Source of the DNA: Eledone cirrhosa
Lineage: Eukaryota
Direction: 5' to 3'
DNA length: 64,000 nt
Assembly: GCA_964016885.1 (NCBI GenBank)
Contig: OZ024745.1
Span: 68,138,001-68,202,000, forward strand
Numbering within the stretch: the stretch's first letter is position 1; each line of letters starts with the position of its first letter. A model generated the notes under the pieces. That model was not told where the DNA came from. It worked only from the letters and a program-made list of their open reading frames with translations, and did no database searches. Of the stretch, positions 1 through 14,797 are shown piece by piece. The position numbers and the translations under genes are program-made.

Positions 1-1197
1 GACCTGGAAAGGATTGGGATCTGTTCCTACTCACACCAGAAGTTATTGGTCCATGGAACCATAGAAACAATCAATCCTTTCCAAAATTAAGGCCGTGGGC
101 CTATTTAGAAATCAATATTATAAGTACACTTTATATACTCTACGCTGAAATATGTTTAATAAATTCATCTTAACAGTTGCATCTGCAACTGCTGTGTTTC
201 AGGACGTATGGATAACTGTGAAAGCATTTAGATATATTTCTACGTGTTTCTTCAACAACACAGAAGCCTCCCACAAAAGGTGACATACAAAACAAAACAT
301 TTCAATGACACCACCGCGGGGATATATTTTATAAAAAAAACATTTTACCAACGACACAGCAATGTCTGAAATGTATCAGAATAATCTCTTTTTTTTAACG
401 TGTATGAAGAAATAGTTGAAAGTGTTTACACTTCACAATTCACCCTTTTCCCGACAAAGCCCTCTAATTAAATCAAAAAGAAAACGTTAGTTATATCTAT
501 ACTTCATTACGTGTTCCAGCCGTCAGACTGAGGCCATGCACGCCGTCTTATAGAATAAATGTTTATTATCTATTTAATTACATCGTCAAACAAATGGATG
601 TCGTGAAAATTAGACTGATCGTTTCGGGTATTTTCGATATTCTGTGCAATATATATAGTGCTTCTATAATACCACAGATCGACGGATAGAATGCTTTGCA
701 GTATTCGTTTTAGCTCGCTGGTCAGCTTTGCTTTTCATCTATTCGAGGTCGATAAAAGTCTAGTAGCGGAGCCGATTCTTCCTCTATATATCTTTCTCAC
801 TTCGTTTCTATCGCTCTATATCCATCTCAGGTAGAAATTGACTGTGTTAAGACCATGCATGCATAATGCCCTAAAGATTAAAATATACGCCGTATTCTAA
901 TGGGGATATTCTTGTTTATCAATGTATAGTTTAGTTTTTCAGTAGTTGTGGTAGCTGAGCGAACAAGTACTGCGTTTCTAAACTTCGACAAATGACAAAA
1001 AGAAATCTTTCTCTCGAAATTTCAAATGCGTATTAATTTGCTGAAATCTGGTTTCATGCTGATATTTGACTCAGTGTGTCCTTCGAACCTTATAATGTTA
1101 GTTGTAACACAACACGCAACAGTTGAAGTAAACATCTTAGTACAGGCACACATGTTTAGTAGTTGCATAAACAATAGCAGCTGCAGCAGCAACAGCT

Positions 1198-1239
<42 letters not shown>

Positions 1240-1249
1240 ATAATAATGG

Positions 1250-1650
1250 TCGTTGATTTAGGCACAAGGCCAACACTTTTTGGGGGCGGGGAAAGTCGAT
1301 TAAAACGACCTCAGTGCGTTACTGGTACTTTATTTCATCGACCCCGTTAGGACGAAAAGGTGGGATTTGAAATCAGAATACATAGGTAACTCTATGCCGC
1401 AAAGCTTGTTGTCCAACGCTCTACCGAATCTGCCAACCCACTGCCCTTCCTTTATATATAATTGTTTCTACTTTTGGCACAAGGCCAGCAAAATACCCAG
1501 TGCATTACTGGTACTTTATTTTATCGACCCCGTAAGGATGACAGGCAAAGTTAACCTCGGCGGGATTTGAACTCAGATCATAAAGGGAGGTAGCTCTATG
1601 CTGCAAAGCATGGCGTCCGACCCTCTACCGATACTGCCAATCCACTGCCT
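1250..1650 (-). mobile_element. Two tandem SINE copies (further copy at 2052-2230)
   Basis: Reverse complement of the 1798 consensus. Confidence 0.8.
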
Positions 1651-1797
1651 TATTTTTTTTTTTTTTTTAGCAACGTGAAATAAAGTGTCTTGCTCAAGGA
1701 CATAACGTATCGCCCGGTCCACGAACCGAACTGAGCGATGCGTTATGTCCTTGAGCAAGACACTTTATTTCACGTTGCTAAAAAAAAAAAAAAATAA

Positions 1798-1988
1798 GGC
1801 AGTGGATTGGCAGTATCGGTAGAGGGTCGGACGCCATGCTTTGCAGCATAGAGCTACCTCCCTTTATGATCTGAGTTCAAATCCCGCCGAGGTTAACTTT
1901 GCCTTTCATCCTTACGGGGGTTGATAAAATAAAGTACCAGCAATGCACTGGGTAATTGCTGGCCTTGTGCCAAAAGTAGAAACAATTA
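1798..1988 (+). mobile_element. tRNA-derived SINE (representative full copy of the dominant family)
   Basis: A-box TGGCAGTATCGG, B-box GTTCAAATCC, central GCCTTTCATCC..GATAAAATAAAGTACCAG resembling the Deu/Nin SINE domain, 3' GGCCTTGTGCC..GTAGAAACAATT. Confidence 0.85.
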
Positions 1989-2250
1989 TATATATAGGAA
2001 GGGCGTGGGTTGGCAGATTCGGTAGAACGTCGGACAACATTCCTTTATATATAATTGTTTCTACTTTAGGCACAAGGCCAGCAATTACCGAGTGCATTGC
2101 TGGTACTTTATTTTATCGACCCCGTAAGGATGAAAGGCAAAGTCAACCTCGGCGGGATTTGAACTCAGATCGTAAAGGGACGTAACTATGCTGGAAAGCA
2201 TGGCGTCTGACCCTCTACCGATACTGCCAATAATGATAATAAATAATATA

Positions 2251-2350
2251 CTGGGTGTTCCCCCAAAACGTATACACCCTTCAACAGCATTCTAATAAAT
2301 ATTGCTTGTACAGGTAATCAAAGTGTGTATACATTTTTTGGGACATCCTG
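2251..2350. mobile_element. Tc1/mariner-type MITE
   Basis: TA|CTGGGTGTTCCCCCAAAACGTATACAC ... GTGTATACATTTTTTGGGACATCCTG|TA. Imperfect ~27 bp TIRs with TA target duplication. Confidence 0.7.
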
Positions 2351-4063
2351 TATTTAGGTGTAAAAGCCAAACTCGTTCTTTTCAATTCGGTATTCGTGCC
2401 AACCCTTACCTATGGTCATGAATCTTGAGTAATGACCGAAAGAATATGATCGCAAATATTAGCCAGGAAGAAGAAGAAGAAGAAGAAGAAGAAGAAGAAG
2501 AAGAAGAAGAAGAAGAAGAAGAAGAAGAAGGATGCCGTTCTCATTGATCTTTTCATTACTGATAATATTTGCTGGTCACACTTGAAAAACAAAATACTAG
2601 GCTTAATATAATCAACTAAACCAAAGCTATGCCCCAGCATGGGCGCAGTCTGATGACTGAAACCAGTAAAACAATAAAAGTAAGAAAGTGGAATGTATGT
2701 ATAATATTTTCTCTCTCCAAAAACTAACAAAGAAATGAATTCTTTAATCTACTTTCTTAAATCAAACATCTGCGTTTCTTTCTAACCAAGTATCTAATTA
2801 TAAACGTACGATGGTTTCCATGTAATTTTCAGTCATTACTGTTTCTCATTCTCTTACAACGTCCTACTGACATCTAGTGGACGGGCCCCACACAACTTTC
2901 AAACATGGTTTATATTGTGAGTAAAGGGGGAGATAATAAAGACAAAACAAAAGAGTAGATAATGAAAACAGCAATATAACGTTCATTTGACATGATGTTG
3001 TTGGTTAGACGTGAAAGGCTGAGGCAGTGAATGTAATTAAACGGCAGCAAACATTATAACCAAGGAAATACATGTAGATAACAAACATAGGCTGACAAAC
3101 AGACAGATATGGCTACTAAGTTTTCCTTGATAACGGAAAGTACACAACAACGCCTGGACATAATTATTTAAGTAAAAACACACACTAACTCACATACACA
3201 CATACATTTTTATACATAGACACACAAACACATACACACATACAGTTTCATGCATAGACACACAAACACATACACACATACATTTTTATACATAGACACA
3301 GAAACACATATTTTCAAACACATATTTTCATACACAGAAACACATACACACACATACATTATCATGTTAAGACACACAAACATACAAAGACAAATCATAT
3401 AGAGACTCGCATACACTTTCATACATATATACACAAAATAAAAAAAATAAAACAAACACAAACACTCTCATGCACGTACATACAAAGACACATACATTAA
3501 CACATACATTTTCATGCATTTACATACATATTCAATCACACACACAAAGATACAACACACACACACAAACAGACATAAAATTTCATACATACACATACAA
3601 TCACACAAAATTAAACAAACACAAACAAATGCCCAGACATACATGTAAACACACAACGACATATACACACAGATACATACTGATGCACACATACACAAAA
3701 ACATAAAAGCGCTCATATAAACATACACTCTCATGTACACACTCACAAAAACACACATGCACACATACACTTTCATGCACACACACACACACATTTACAC
3801 ACACACAGATAATTTCATATATATACACACAAACACACACACAAACTCACACACAAACACACATACACACATACACAGGTACAAACTAGCGAAGGTTGTG
3901 TGGTTGTGTGTTGAGTAATAGCGAATTATTTCTTTGCATTTTATTGAAATGGTAGATAGGAAAACCTACCAACCTAATATTATAGCTTGCAGTATTAATT
4001 AAGCAGACTTCATCATTAATTAATTAGATGGAATGGAAAACAATCTGATAAAATAAAAACAGT

Positions 4064-4120
<57 letters not shown>

Positions 4121-6469
4121 AAAATAAACAAAATAGATAAAAATATAAAGTAAAACAAGTAATATAATAAAGAGTATAAAAAGGTTAAAATGGCGCAAGC
4201 GACAATTCTATGCGTTGTTATTTATTGAACGTTTTGGTTACATCCTGATATGATGATATCACAGTCTCAGTATTTTAGCATATGTTTGTCAAAAGTATAC
4301 AGATGTTTTGTTTATCTTCTGTGTGATATAAGCGACATATTTGCATGTGTGCATAACTGTATCTCATATCATCATCTAGTCTTTTCTCCATTTGTAAATA
4401 CTAAAACCCTGCGTGACGTCATCATTCAAAACCGAAATTATTGATCGTCAACGATGAAAACATGTTATCTAACAATGGCTGAACTTGTAGAAAATAGTAA
4501 AAAAAAAAAGAACAAAAAAGGGATAGAAAAAGTTTGAACGTTAAACAATAAACAAAAAATTAAAGGGAAAATTAAGAAAGATTGGTATGTCATTATTTGT
4601 AAGAATTGATACTGTAATTATACCCCAGAGTAAAACTCTTGTTTACGACACTGCATGTTTGATTGGACACCAAGAAAATGTAAACAAATGGCTATACAAA
4701 TGGACATTCTCGTGGGTAGAGTCATACTTAATATATTTGTAAGAACTGTTATCAAATATTAAAACATTCACTATTTGATGATTTCTCTACACGAAGGAAT
4801 TCGTTTCGTTTTTAAACAGGGGAAACTGTAAATATGGCCCTTGTAGATCATCTCAAACTGGTAATATTGAAGAGTCTATGGCCGAGCTGGAACATCTGAA
4901 GGTTAATTCCTGTAGGGGAAATTGGGATGAAAAGTAAATCGTGGTGTAACAGAGTGAAATCATTTAAAGACGCTCAAGGATCAGGCCATGTTATCAAACA
5001 AAGTGACTTTTTTGGCTTTGAAATTAACACAGGATGAGTAATTTTATCTCCCTTGAACATAGAGATTATTAGAAGTATTAGAGAACAAATGACAATTTAT
5101 TTCCTGGCGTCTTTCCATAAACAATTCTGAATCCTCGTCTTACGATCAAACTATAAATCTAAACCATTGTTCCGTTCGTGTTTGGCATCATGTATATATA
5201 ATTGCCTCTAGTGTTCTCTAAATAATTGAAGCGAAAGATGGATGATTTAAGATGAAATCACTGTAGTCGAAAAGTCAAGGAAAGACTTAAGAATCTTCAG
5301 AAAGTTAGCGAAAAATATATATTTGTGATTAATTGGTGGGACGTGATGATGCAGGTCAATAAGAAAATGCCTGGAGAACATTTCAGATGTATCTTTCAGA
5401 TAATAGCAGACCTTCAATGTTATATTTTTATATCTGGAATAAGTTCTTCTCATTAATTTTACTTTCCTAGAGTATGGTGCGGTATGTTAAGATACTAGAG
5501 GTGAAATCTAGAAAATCACCAGAAAATCAAACTTAGTTTTGTTCTGACTTAATGAAAGGAAGAAGGGAACCATCTTAACATTAAAAAAAACAACAGAAAA
5601 TGATGGGAGGAAGAGAGGATGTTATCCTTAGAATGCAGATTTGCTTCGAATTTTTGATATAATAATGACCTCCTACCTATAGGCAAGCAAGAGCCAAGAG
5701 GCAGTGTTTAACCGGGTGACGCATTAATTCTACGTTCCAATTTAAAAAAAGAAATCGCTTCCATTATGAATAGAGAAGCCATCCATTTTATGTTTACCTG
5801 TATTTTATTATTCGTTTCTACAGGCATAAGTCAATGGATTGTAGTCATACTAGGGCACTGTATTCTACGGTATAGTCAATTACATTACCCTCACTACTTA
5901 TTTGACCATCGTGTACTTATTTTATCGATCTCAGTATGATGAACGTCAAAGTGAAGCCTTCGAAGAACAAAGCCTTTTTTCTCATATATTTATCTCTTGT
6001 AATTAAGTATATTCTCTTTATTGGAAATTATGTAATTTTTAAGTTTGATAAATGATAAATGATATTTAAGTATGCAGAAAAGTATCAATTCAACAGAAAT
6101 ATTCACACCTCATTCATATTTCATTATGGACCCTGAAGGAGAACGGCAAAGTTGATCTTAGCAGGATTTTTGAACTCAACATTCTGAACAAAGCATTTTG
6201 TCCGACACTAACGATTCCGCAATCTGCCGCCTTAAGAAGATCGATAATAATAATAGTCCTTTGTATCGTAGACGCATGGCCAACATTTCCAGGGACGAAA
6301 AAATAAAGTATCAGCCATGTACTAACGTGGATTAAATCCACCTTGACACTTTGTTGACCCTTATTTTATCAACCCTACCAATAGACAGTGCGTCTTAACA
6401 CAATGAAACTATTATACCAAGATTTTCTTGGACACGTTACTCGAGGTAGGTTTTTCAGATATTATGGGC

Positions 6470-6736
6470 ATGTGGTTAGAATGTCTCAGAAAAGAATCAC
6501 TGGACAGATTTTACGGGCAAAAACCAACCGGCAAGAGACCCAGGGATAGACCCCGAGCAGGAGAGTTGGATAACATCCATGAGCTTGGTTGGTCACGTTT
6601 GGGGATCCAACCAGATCAGTTGGAGACAGTTGCTTCTGACAGGATTCGCTGGAAGGAGTGTTTGAGGACTCTACCCCCACGACCCTCTCTGCAATAAGTG
6701 GGCGAAGAAGAAGAAGAAGAAGAAGAAGAAGAAGAA
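6470..6736 (+). mobile_element. RTE-clade LINE 3' end
   Basis: KPTGKRPRDRPR..WSRLGIQPDQLETVASDRIRWKECLRTLPPRP* followed by a (GAA)n tail. Confidence 0.85.
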
Positions 6737-7714
6737 GGTTACTAACAAATAATTGTTTCTACGTTAGGTACAAGGCCAGCAATTACTCAGTGCATTACTG
6801 GTACTTTATTTTACTTTAGGTTACTAACAAATAATGCCGCTGTTATTGTTGTTTAGACCCAATTGAGAAAATCTGAGCAAAGGCATTCGACTCATGAGCT
6901 TGTCTTTTATTAATACAGACAGGATAGCATTACTAAAAGTTTTCCTCTTTTAAAAAGCTAGGATGCAATCTAAAGGAGATTTGGTTGCAATTTCTAGCGA
7001 CTGGGAACTTATATTATGCAAATCTCATTGGCTCGTAACCAATGTTCTATTTCCCTATGACGGTTGGCAAGTGATGAATGGCTTTAGGTGAAAAAAAAAT
7101 CTGTACTTTTGTACTTTTGTATGATTCTCCGAAGATTTTGTAGCATAAGTTTCTTCCAGTTCAGCGAGTAAATAGAAATTGAAAACAGGAAGAGTAAAAA
7201 GAAAACGAAAATGGCGGAAAACTCGTCGTACAGCTGCTGAAAACTTAATGAAAGAGAAAACAACAGGAAATGTTAAGACAACTAAAAAAAAAATTAAATA
7301 AAAAAATGAATGACATTCTATATATTTATAAAGTAAAAGGAAAACAAACATACAAGTCAAAACAAATATTAAAACAAAAAAAACAAAAAAACAAAAATTA
7401 AGAAAAGTGTGAAAGAAAGCAAAATAGAAGATGAAAATAAGAATCAAAGTTTCGATATTGCCTTCATATTGGACAAAATTCTTTCTATAGTTTTAACAGA
7501 TTCAGGAAAAAGAAAAATGGAAGACATCAATTCATCGAGAAAATTCAATTGAATAGTGTCAAAATAGACAGACATACACGTAGAAGAACAGGATGAGGAA
7601 TATTATATTGGACATAAATAGGTTAAGAAATTGAGAGAGAGAGAGAGTGAGGGAGAGAGTGAGAGTGAGAAAGAGAGAGAGGGAGAGAGAGAGAAAGAGA
7701 GAGTGAGAGAGAGA

Positions 7715-7764
<50 letters not shown>

Positions 7765-7984
7765 AATGTAGGGCATGACCCAACATAAAGTGTAAGAGAA
7801 CTAAGAAATGTTAATAGTTTAAATGTGAAGTGAGTTGGTTTGGCCGGGAGAATGAGGAAAAGACGAACGTTGCCGATAGCATCACTTATTTTACTAAATC
7901 TGGAACTTATTTTATAGATTTCTTTTTTTCGAACCGCTTTTTTTCGAACATAGACACAAACGTAAGCACAAACACACACATATA

Positions 7985-8028
<44 letters not shown>

Positions 8029-8081
8029 CACACACACACACACACGCACACGCATACACACACACACACACATATATATAT

Positions 8082-8504
8082 AATTGGTGTTGGATGCTTA
8101 AAGCGTCCGTATGCGGTAGGCCGTTTGAGCACTCGATACTCTCACAGAGCAGAGTATGATATCACAAAAAAAAAAAAAAATCAGTGTTGCGACGAATGGA
8201 ATTTATTGGACATATTACAATCGTTTCTCTGGCGACCAGCTCGAGGCACGATCGATGTCATGATCGAACCTGACTCTGAAATCGCAAGGTCCTCAGATAC
8301 GTCTTGATTCTACGAAGCAGATTTTCCAAGCAGATTTTTTGGAAAATCTGCTTCGTAGAATCAAGACGTATCTGAGGACCTTGCGATTTCAAAGTCAGGT
8401 TCGATCATCACATCGATCGTGCCTCGAGCTGGTCGCCAGAGAAACGATTGTAATATGTTCAATAGATTCCATTCGTCGCAATACTGATTCTCTTTTTTTT
8501 TGTG

Positions 8505-8508
<4 letters not shown>
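8082..8508 (-). mobile_element. Fold-back element, arms 8159-8329 / 8339-8508, tail 8082-8158
   Basis: 170 bp near-perfect palindrome with a 9 nt spacer between (TA)n tracts. HHR in each arm. Confidence 0.88.
8366..8458 (+). ncRNA. Hammerhead ribozyme (mirror copy 8210-8302, -)
   Basis: Stem I ACGTAT/ATATGT, core CTGAGGA, stem II CCTTGCGA..TCGCCAGA (imperfect, long insert), GAAA, AC-GATT-GT, GUA site. Confidence 0.65.
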
Positions 8509-8539
<31 letters not shown>

Positions 8540-9972
8540 AGAAAATGAGGTTTTATGAGTTCCACCCCACTCGGTAATCAAATGAGGTCTGGGATCTTGT
8601 CATTCGTTTAAAGAAGAAAAGAAGAAAAGAAGAAACGTATATCATGAATCAATTACTCAACATAGCCAAATAGTTAAGCTCAATTCATACCCATAATGTT
8701 TGTGTTTGATCTCACTACGTAGAATATCAGACAAGTATCTTTTGACCATAGACTCAGGTTAACAAAAACTTTGTGAGAGAAATTAGTGAGGTGGAAACTA
8801 TGGAAACCCGGCTGATTAATTTTATCCGTAGTTCAAAGATGTATCACACTAATTCTGCTTGACGATTACATTAATGTTACATAAAATAATCTATGGAATA
8901 CTCAGCCACTTAGACGCTAATTCATTGAGCACGTAGTTCAATTGATAGAACAACTGAATACTCATCGTCGTAGCCTATGAGGATCCATCTTATTTCCTTT
9001 CTAAAATAACACCCATCTATCAGAATATACGGGGAAGCTGAATAGTTAATGCTGCGATGAAATGTTTCGTTCCGATATTTAACATTAGTTGTTATGAGTG
9101 CAACTTTCTAATCTAAAGTGGATCCACACGTGAAACAACATATTTCTTGTCAGATCACAATTTGAAGCTTGTCTGACAACCTTTCCAAAGCAAACAATTC
9201 TAATCACCATTAGTATCAATCAAATTATTTAGTCCTGCATACCAATATTTTCTAATAAATAGTAATAATTCTAGAAAGTCTTGAAGATGTGTGAGTGTGT
9301 GTGAGTGGGGGTGGAGGGTGAGGGTGCTACATAATCGACATAGAATCCTCGGAAGAACTCGCTCGGAACAGCCCTCAATTGTGCGCCGTCCTACATAAAG
9401 GTTCAAAAGCATCGCAAGAGACACGCATTCAGGCAGCGGAATTCAAACGTCAGCTTTGTAAAACCCGTTCGAACGTCATTCCAAAGAAAACAACAGAAAA
9501 CATGTGTTTTACGTGAAGCCGCTACTTCCGTGTCAGAATAGAACTCAGCAACCATCTAGGGACAGATAAAAATCAATAAATCAAGTAATCAAAGTCATTG
9601 TCTTCATCAATTACAAATGGACAAACAAATGTTTATTAGATGTATGCAACTAAATAAGACACAATGTCACTCAAATATGCTAGGCCTGAAGAGAATCTAA
9701 AGAGACCTGAAACTGCGATGGCCAATTTGTTAATCACTTGCTTTTATCCACAGCAAACTCAAGCATCTTTGCATATGTGATTCATAACGTGATATGCTGT
9801 TTATTGTAATAAGTAATTAACCTCGATCACCTTTTGTCAAAGCCACACCACATTCTTTGCGAAACACTATGCTTGTAAGATATATTTTTTTTACTCCTAA
9901 ATGAGAAACCTACGTGACTGACATTTAACGAAACTGTGAAGAAACAATAGCGATTAAATGTTTATATATATA

Positions 9973-10043
<71 letters not shown>

Positions 10044-11591
10044 CAGATATAATTTGCAAAACATTTCTAATATTTTTAGTTGATTTGGTGTGATATTTGA
10101 TTTTTTAACATTTTATAAATAAATCTATAATTTGGTAAATATAACATGATAATATCTACACGAATTAATACCTAGAGGTGTATTTTCTGATATGTTGCCA
10201 TAACAACCGATTACATATATAAAACCAGGATTTATGGTCATGCTGTGTGGCGTGGTCTATTCTTTAATCTCTATGGTAATAATATGCAAAAGTATAAGGC
10301 ATAGTTTTATAAAAATAATATTAAGCAGTGATTCTCTAATCCTGACTTTGGAGATATATTTTGTAAAACTATTTTTAAATGTAGTATTGAGAAGAGGAGG
10401 ATGACAAGCTTAGTTGGCTATTATAATGAATCGTGAGTTCATATTCAATAACTGGTGCAGCAATGGACCAAGGGAATCAAATATTGACTTCTTGTTCTTT
10501 TTTTTTTTTCAGATATTCGAGCGAGCCAGTATGTATGAGGTAGAACATCAAACATTGACAATTGGTTTAAACATTCCTATTGTCAAAACTGATTATTTTC
10601 GTTAAAATATTTTTGAAACTTTAATTGATTACAAAGTTGTATAGCTTAAATGAAACATTTAGTTGAAAATAAAGGAGTGAAAGTGTGAGTAAAGTAATCC
10701 ATCTTTACCTTATATTTCATATTTCGGAGTTAAGACCCATTTTCAAAAGAAAAAGAAAAGGATGTGTAGTGGATTTGACTATTTAGCTTTAACGCGAGCC
10801 TTGCTTACCACCACCATCACATCCCATTTAAAAAAAAAGGATGGGGTGGGGTGAGGGATGTATGATTAACTCTAAAGTATCAGGACATATGAGGTAATCT
10901 GATTATTATCTTTCATGGCCTTGTGAAAGGAGTATGGACCGCGTCAATGAGCTATGCAAGACATTCCCCAATAGTAGAGGAAAAGAAAAAAAGAATACTA
11001 AATTTGTGGGTCACAGATAAATAATTAGCTTGACCTCTGTAAGTGACCCAATAGGAAGTCGGTGCTTACATGTGGGTATGACAGGAAAACGGGGATGACT
11101 AAAGAAGCCACGCAAGTCCATGGGGTATATAATGGTGAAACCTCATTCAAGAACCAGTTCCACCCATTGATGTAATAGTATGAAAAGCACTCTACGTTAT
11201 GCAACTCATCCATCGTTGATGTTTAATCCCATGGCTGGTGCAGGAACGGAGTTAAATATTAATTTGATTAAAATAACAGGAATTGGTCTACCGCAACAAT
11301 AACACCGATTTTGCGGGCCATCGCCGTATCAAATATTTTCTCTGTTGTCTGCTTATGTTTGCCGTGATTCCTTTTATTGATTAACTAATTATGCAATCTG
11401 AACTTGATGATGTCGCCAGGATCTTATGTAACCAGGCCATTGAAATATATAAATATATATAGTGTTTTTGCAACAATAAAACTTTAAAAGGATATCTCCA
11501 GTCCGGCCTCCTGTCGTTTTAATAAGATTATATATATATATATATATTAATTCAAAATATTAACAAAATAGATATCCTTGTGATCAATTAT

Positions 11592-11656
11592 ATTTTATTA
11601 TACATATTTCAGAGGTACTGAGTTAAGTTCAACAGTACGTACTCATCAGATAAAAT
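11592..11656 (-). ncRNA. Hammerhead ribozyme (mirror copy 15019-15083, +)
   Basis: ATTTTAT-CTGATGA-GTACGTACTG..CAGTACCTCT-GAAA-TATGTA-TA-ATAAAAT. The base of stem II is imperfect. Confidence 0.65.
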
Positions 11657-14609
11657 AAGATGATGCATGACATACCCTGACATAGTAGATGGTTAAGATT
11701 CAGTCATGGTAGTGATTAACTTATGACAAAACTTAATATTTATACCCTAATATTGAGAACATGAGATAACATAATACAAACAATAGAGAGTGTACGTGTG
11801 ATACACCTTAAAAAATACATGGCATCAATATAACAGTTATAACATTTAAAAAAAAAACTACTGTAGAAAGAGGAGGGAAAGGAAAGCATAGAGTAAGTAA
11901 CAGCTGATGTGATAATAGGTGGCTTGAAAAAACAGACGAAAGATGATTAAAGAGGGAGAGAGACAAAGGGGAGTAATTTATGTTCAAGTTTATATACAGA
12001 TTTCCATATATGCAACACATATCCATTTAATATAGTTGGCCGTTAATTTTCAAAATATTTAATTTAAATTATTTCAGAGTAATGAATAATATTTTAGGTT
12101 TTAAAAGTTAATAGGTATTTGTATTAATATTATAATTATGTTTAATTTCTAAAATTCAAATTTTATGAAAACAAATTTAAAGGATTTACGAAAACACGAA
12201 AAAGAAAATAATGCTTTTATACCCTTACGAAGGTAATCTTTACCAAAATTATTTATAATAATGACAACAGTTTATATAATATAATTTATAAAATACTTAT
12301 AGTTATAATTATTAAAGAATTTATTGTTAAATAGTTTGAGTGCCTAAAGGATCAACCGGCCTTATAACTAAACTTAAAGAAGTCCGAATTTTTAATTATA
12401 TATATGTGTTGATAAAAAAATACAAGGATTATAGTTTATTATTTGTTTATAATTGAGGTGATACCTTTCAAATATACATAATATAATACAATAATACAAT
12501 AATACAATATAGTAAATAAGTTACTGAAAATATTGTTAAAAGAATATATATAGTTAAAAAATATTGTTAAAAAATATAGCTAAAGAATTAATGTTTTATA
12601 TCAATTATTTTCATTTAGTTGATATATAAGTCAAAACTATATGAGTCCTAATGATAGGGGCTAGATACAAAATAAATATACAAATAAAAGAAAATGAATT
12701 GTTTGCGAAACTTATCCATGCCCAATATTAAAAATATGTTATAAATGTAATAGGGTTTTAATATAGTGTACAAAAGATACATCTAAAATATTTTAGCGAA
12801 TGTGATATAAAGAGGAGCTAAATATTTGAAAAAGCCGAAGGTAATCTAAATTTAATTAAAATAAAATAAAATAAAATAAGTTAAATTAAATTATATTATA
12901 TTAAGTAAAAATCATTATATAATTTCGAACTTCCAGGTAAAATCAAACACTTATAACAATATAGAGTCATTTGAGTGTCTAAATTATTTATAAATGTAAC
13001 TACGATTATGTTATTACACTAGATAAAGATATTTGTACAACTATATAGAGATATTATTATAGGCATTAATGAAACGGTATACATTTAATAAAAAATAATA
13101 ATTATAATCATTATTAGTAATGCTATAATTGTAGTTTTACCTCCAGTTCAGTGGAGAGATAGACCAATATTTGTCGGCTATTATGGTTTGTTATATTTAT
13201 ACCTAGATATATATATATAAAAAAAATAAATAAATGCAAATCTAACTTTCTGAGTCCCCCAAAACATACTCAAAATGAATAAAATATGTAAAATATGCAA
13301 ACGCATGTGATCCACAGTTCAATTATAATCAGTAAATTTACAAGTTAAATATCCAAACTATATATTTAAAACAGAGACAGATAAATAAAGATCTGAGTCA
13401 AAATTATAAATATCCAAAAATATCATAAGGTATGCATATTTATCAAGTAAACAAGTTATCAAAAGAGTATCCTTCATTCTAACATTAATTCTATTATAAA
13501 TGATTAGAAGATAAAGCATTATTAAAGTTTTATAAACCGTTATGACTTTTTAGGCCCAACAGTTGATAAGAGACGTCAAAAATTAAGGCCTGATTGCTTA
13601 CTGTTTTTTCCTGACTTTTTGCGAGGCTTGGAATGTAGACAAAGCTTTATGAAATTTTGACTCAGATCTTTATTTATCTGTCTCTGTTTTAAATACATAG
13701 TTTGGATATTTAACTTGTAAATTTACTGATTATAATTGAACTGTGGATCACTCATGCATTTGCATATTTTACATATTTTACTCCTTTTGAGTATGTTTTT
13801 GGGGACTCAGAAAGTTAGATTTGCATTTATTTATTTTTTTTAATATATATATCTAGTATAAATATAACAAACCATAATAGCCGACAAATATTGGTCTATC
13901 TCTCCACTGAACTGGAGGTAAAACTACAATTATAGCATTACTAATAATGATTATAATTATTATTTTTTATTAAATGTATACCGTTTCATTAATGCCTATA
14001 ATAATATCTCTATATAGTTGTACAAATATCTTTATCTAGTGTAATAACATAATCGTAGTTACATTTATAAATAATTTAGACACTCAAATGACTCTATATT
14101 GTTATAAGTGTTTGATTTTACCTGGAAGTTCGAAATTATATAATGATTTCTACTTAATATAATATAATTTAATTTAACTTATTTTATTTTATTTTATTTT
14201 AATTAAATTTAGATTACCTTCGGCTTTTTCAAATATTTAGCTCCTCTTTATATCACATTCGCTAAAATATTTTAGATGTATCTTTTGTACACTATATTAA
14301 AACCCTATTACATTTATAACATATTTTTAATATTGGGCATGGATAAGTTTCGCAAACAATTCATTTTCTTTTATTTGTATATTTATTTTGTATCTAGCCC
14401 CTATCATTAGGACTCATATAGTTTTGACTTATATATCAACTAAATGAAAATAATTGATATAAAACATTAATTCTCTAGCTATATTTTTTAACAATATTTT
14501 TTAACTATATATATTTTTTTAACAATATTTTCAGTAACTTATTTACTATATTGTATTATTGTATTATATTATGTATATTTGAAAGGTATCACCTCAATTA
14601 TAAACAAAT

Positions 14610-14797
14610 AATTGTTTCTACTTTAGGCACAAGGCCAGCAATCACCCAGTGCATTACTGGTACTTTATTTTATCGACCCCGTAAGGATGAAAGGCAAAGT
14701 CAACCTCGGCGGGATTTGAACTCAGATCGTAAAGGGACGTAACTATGCTGGAAAGCATGGCGTCCGACCCTCTACCGATACTGCCAATCCACCGCCC
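14610..14797 (-). mobile_element. SINE, full length
   Basis: Same family as 1798-1988. Confidence 0.85.

Noticed and set aside
5-83. Hairpin TGGAAAGGATTG..CAATCCTTTCCA as a pre-miRNA
   Set aside because: Only ~12 bp pair well, and it is at the window edge without context.
9683-9723. CTGAAGA..GAAAC hammerhead-like string
   Set aside because: Stems II and III do not pair and the cleavage position is G.
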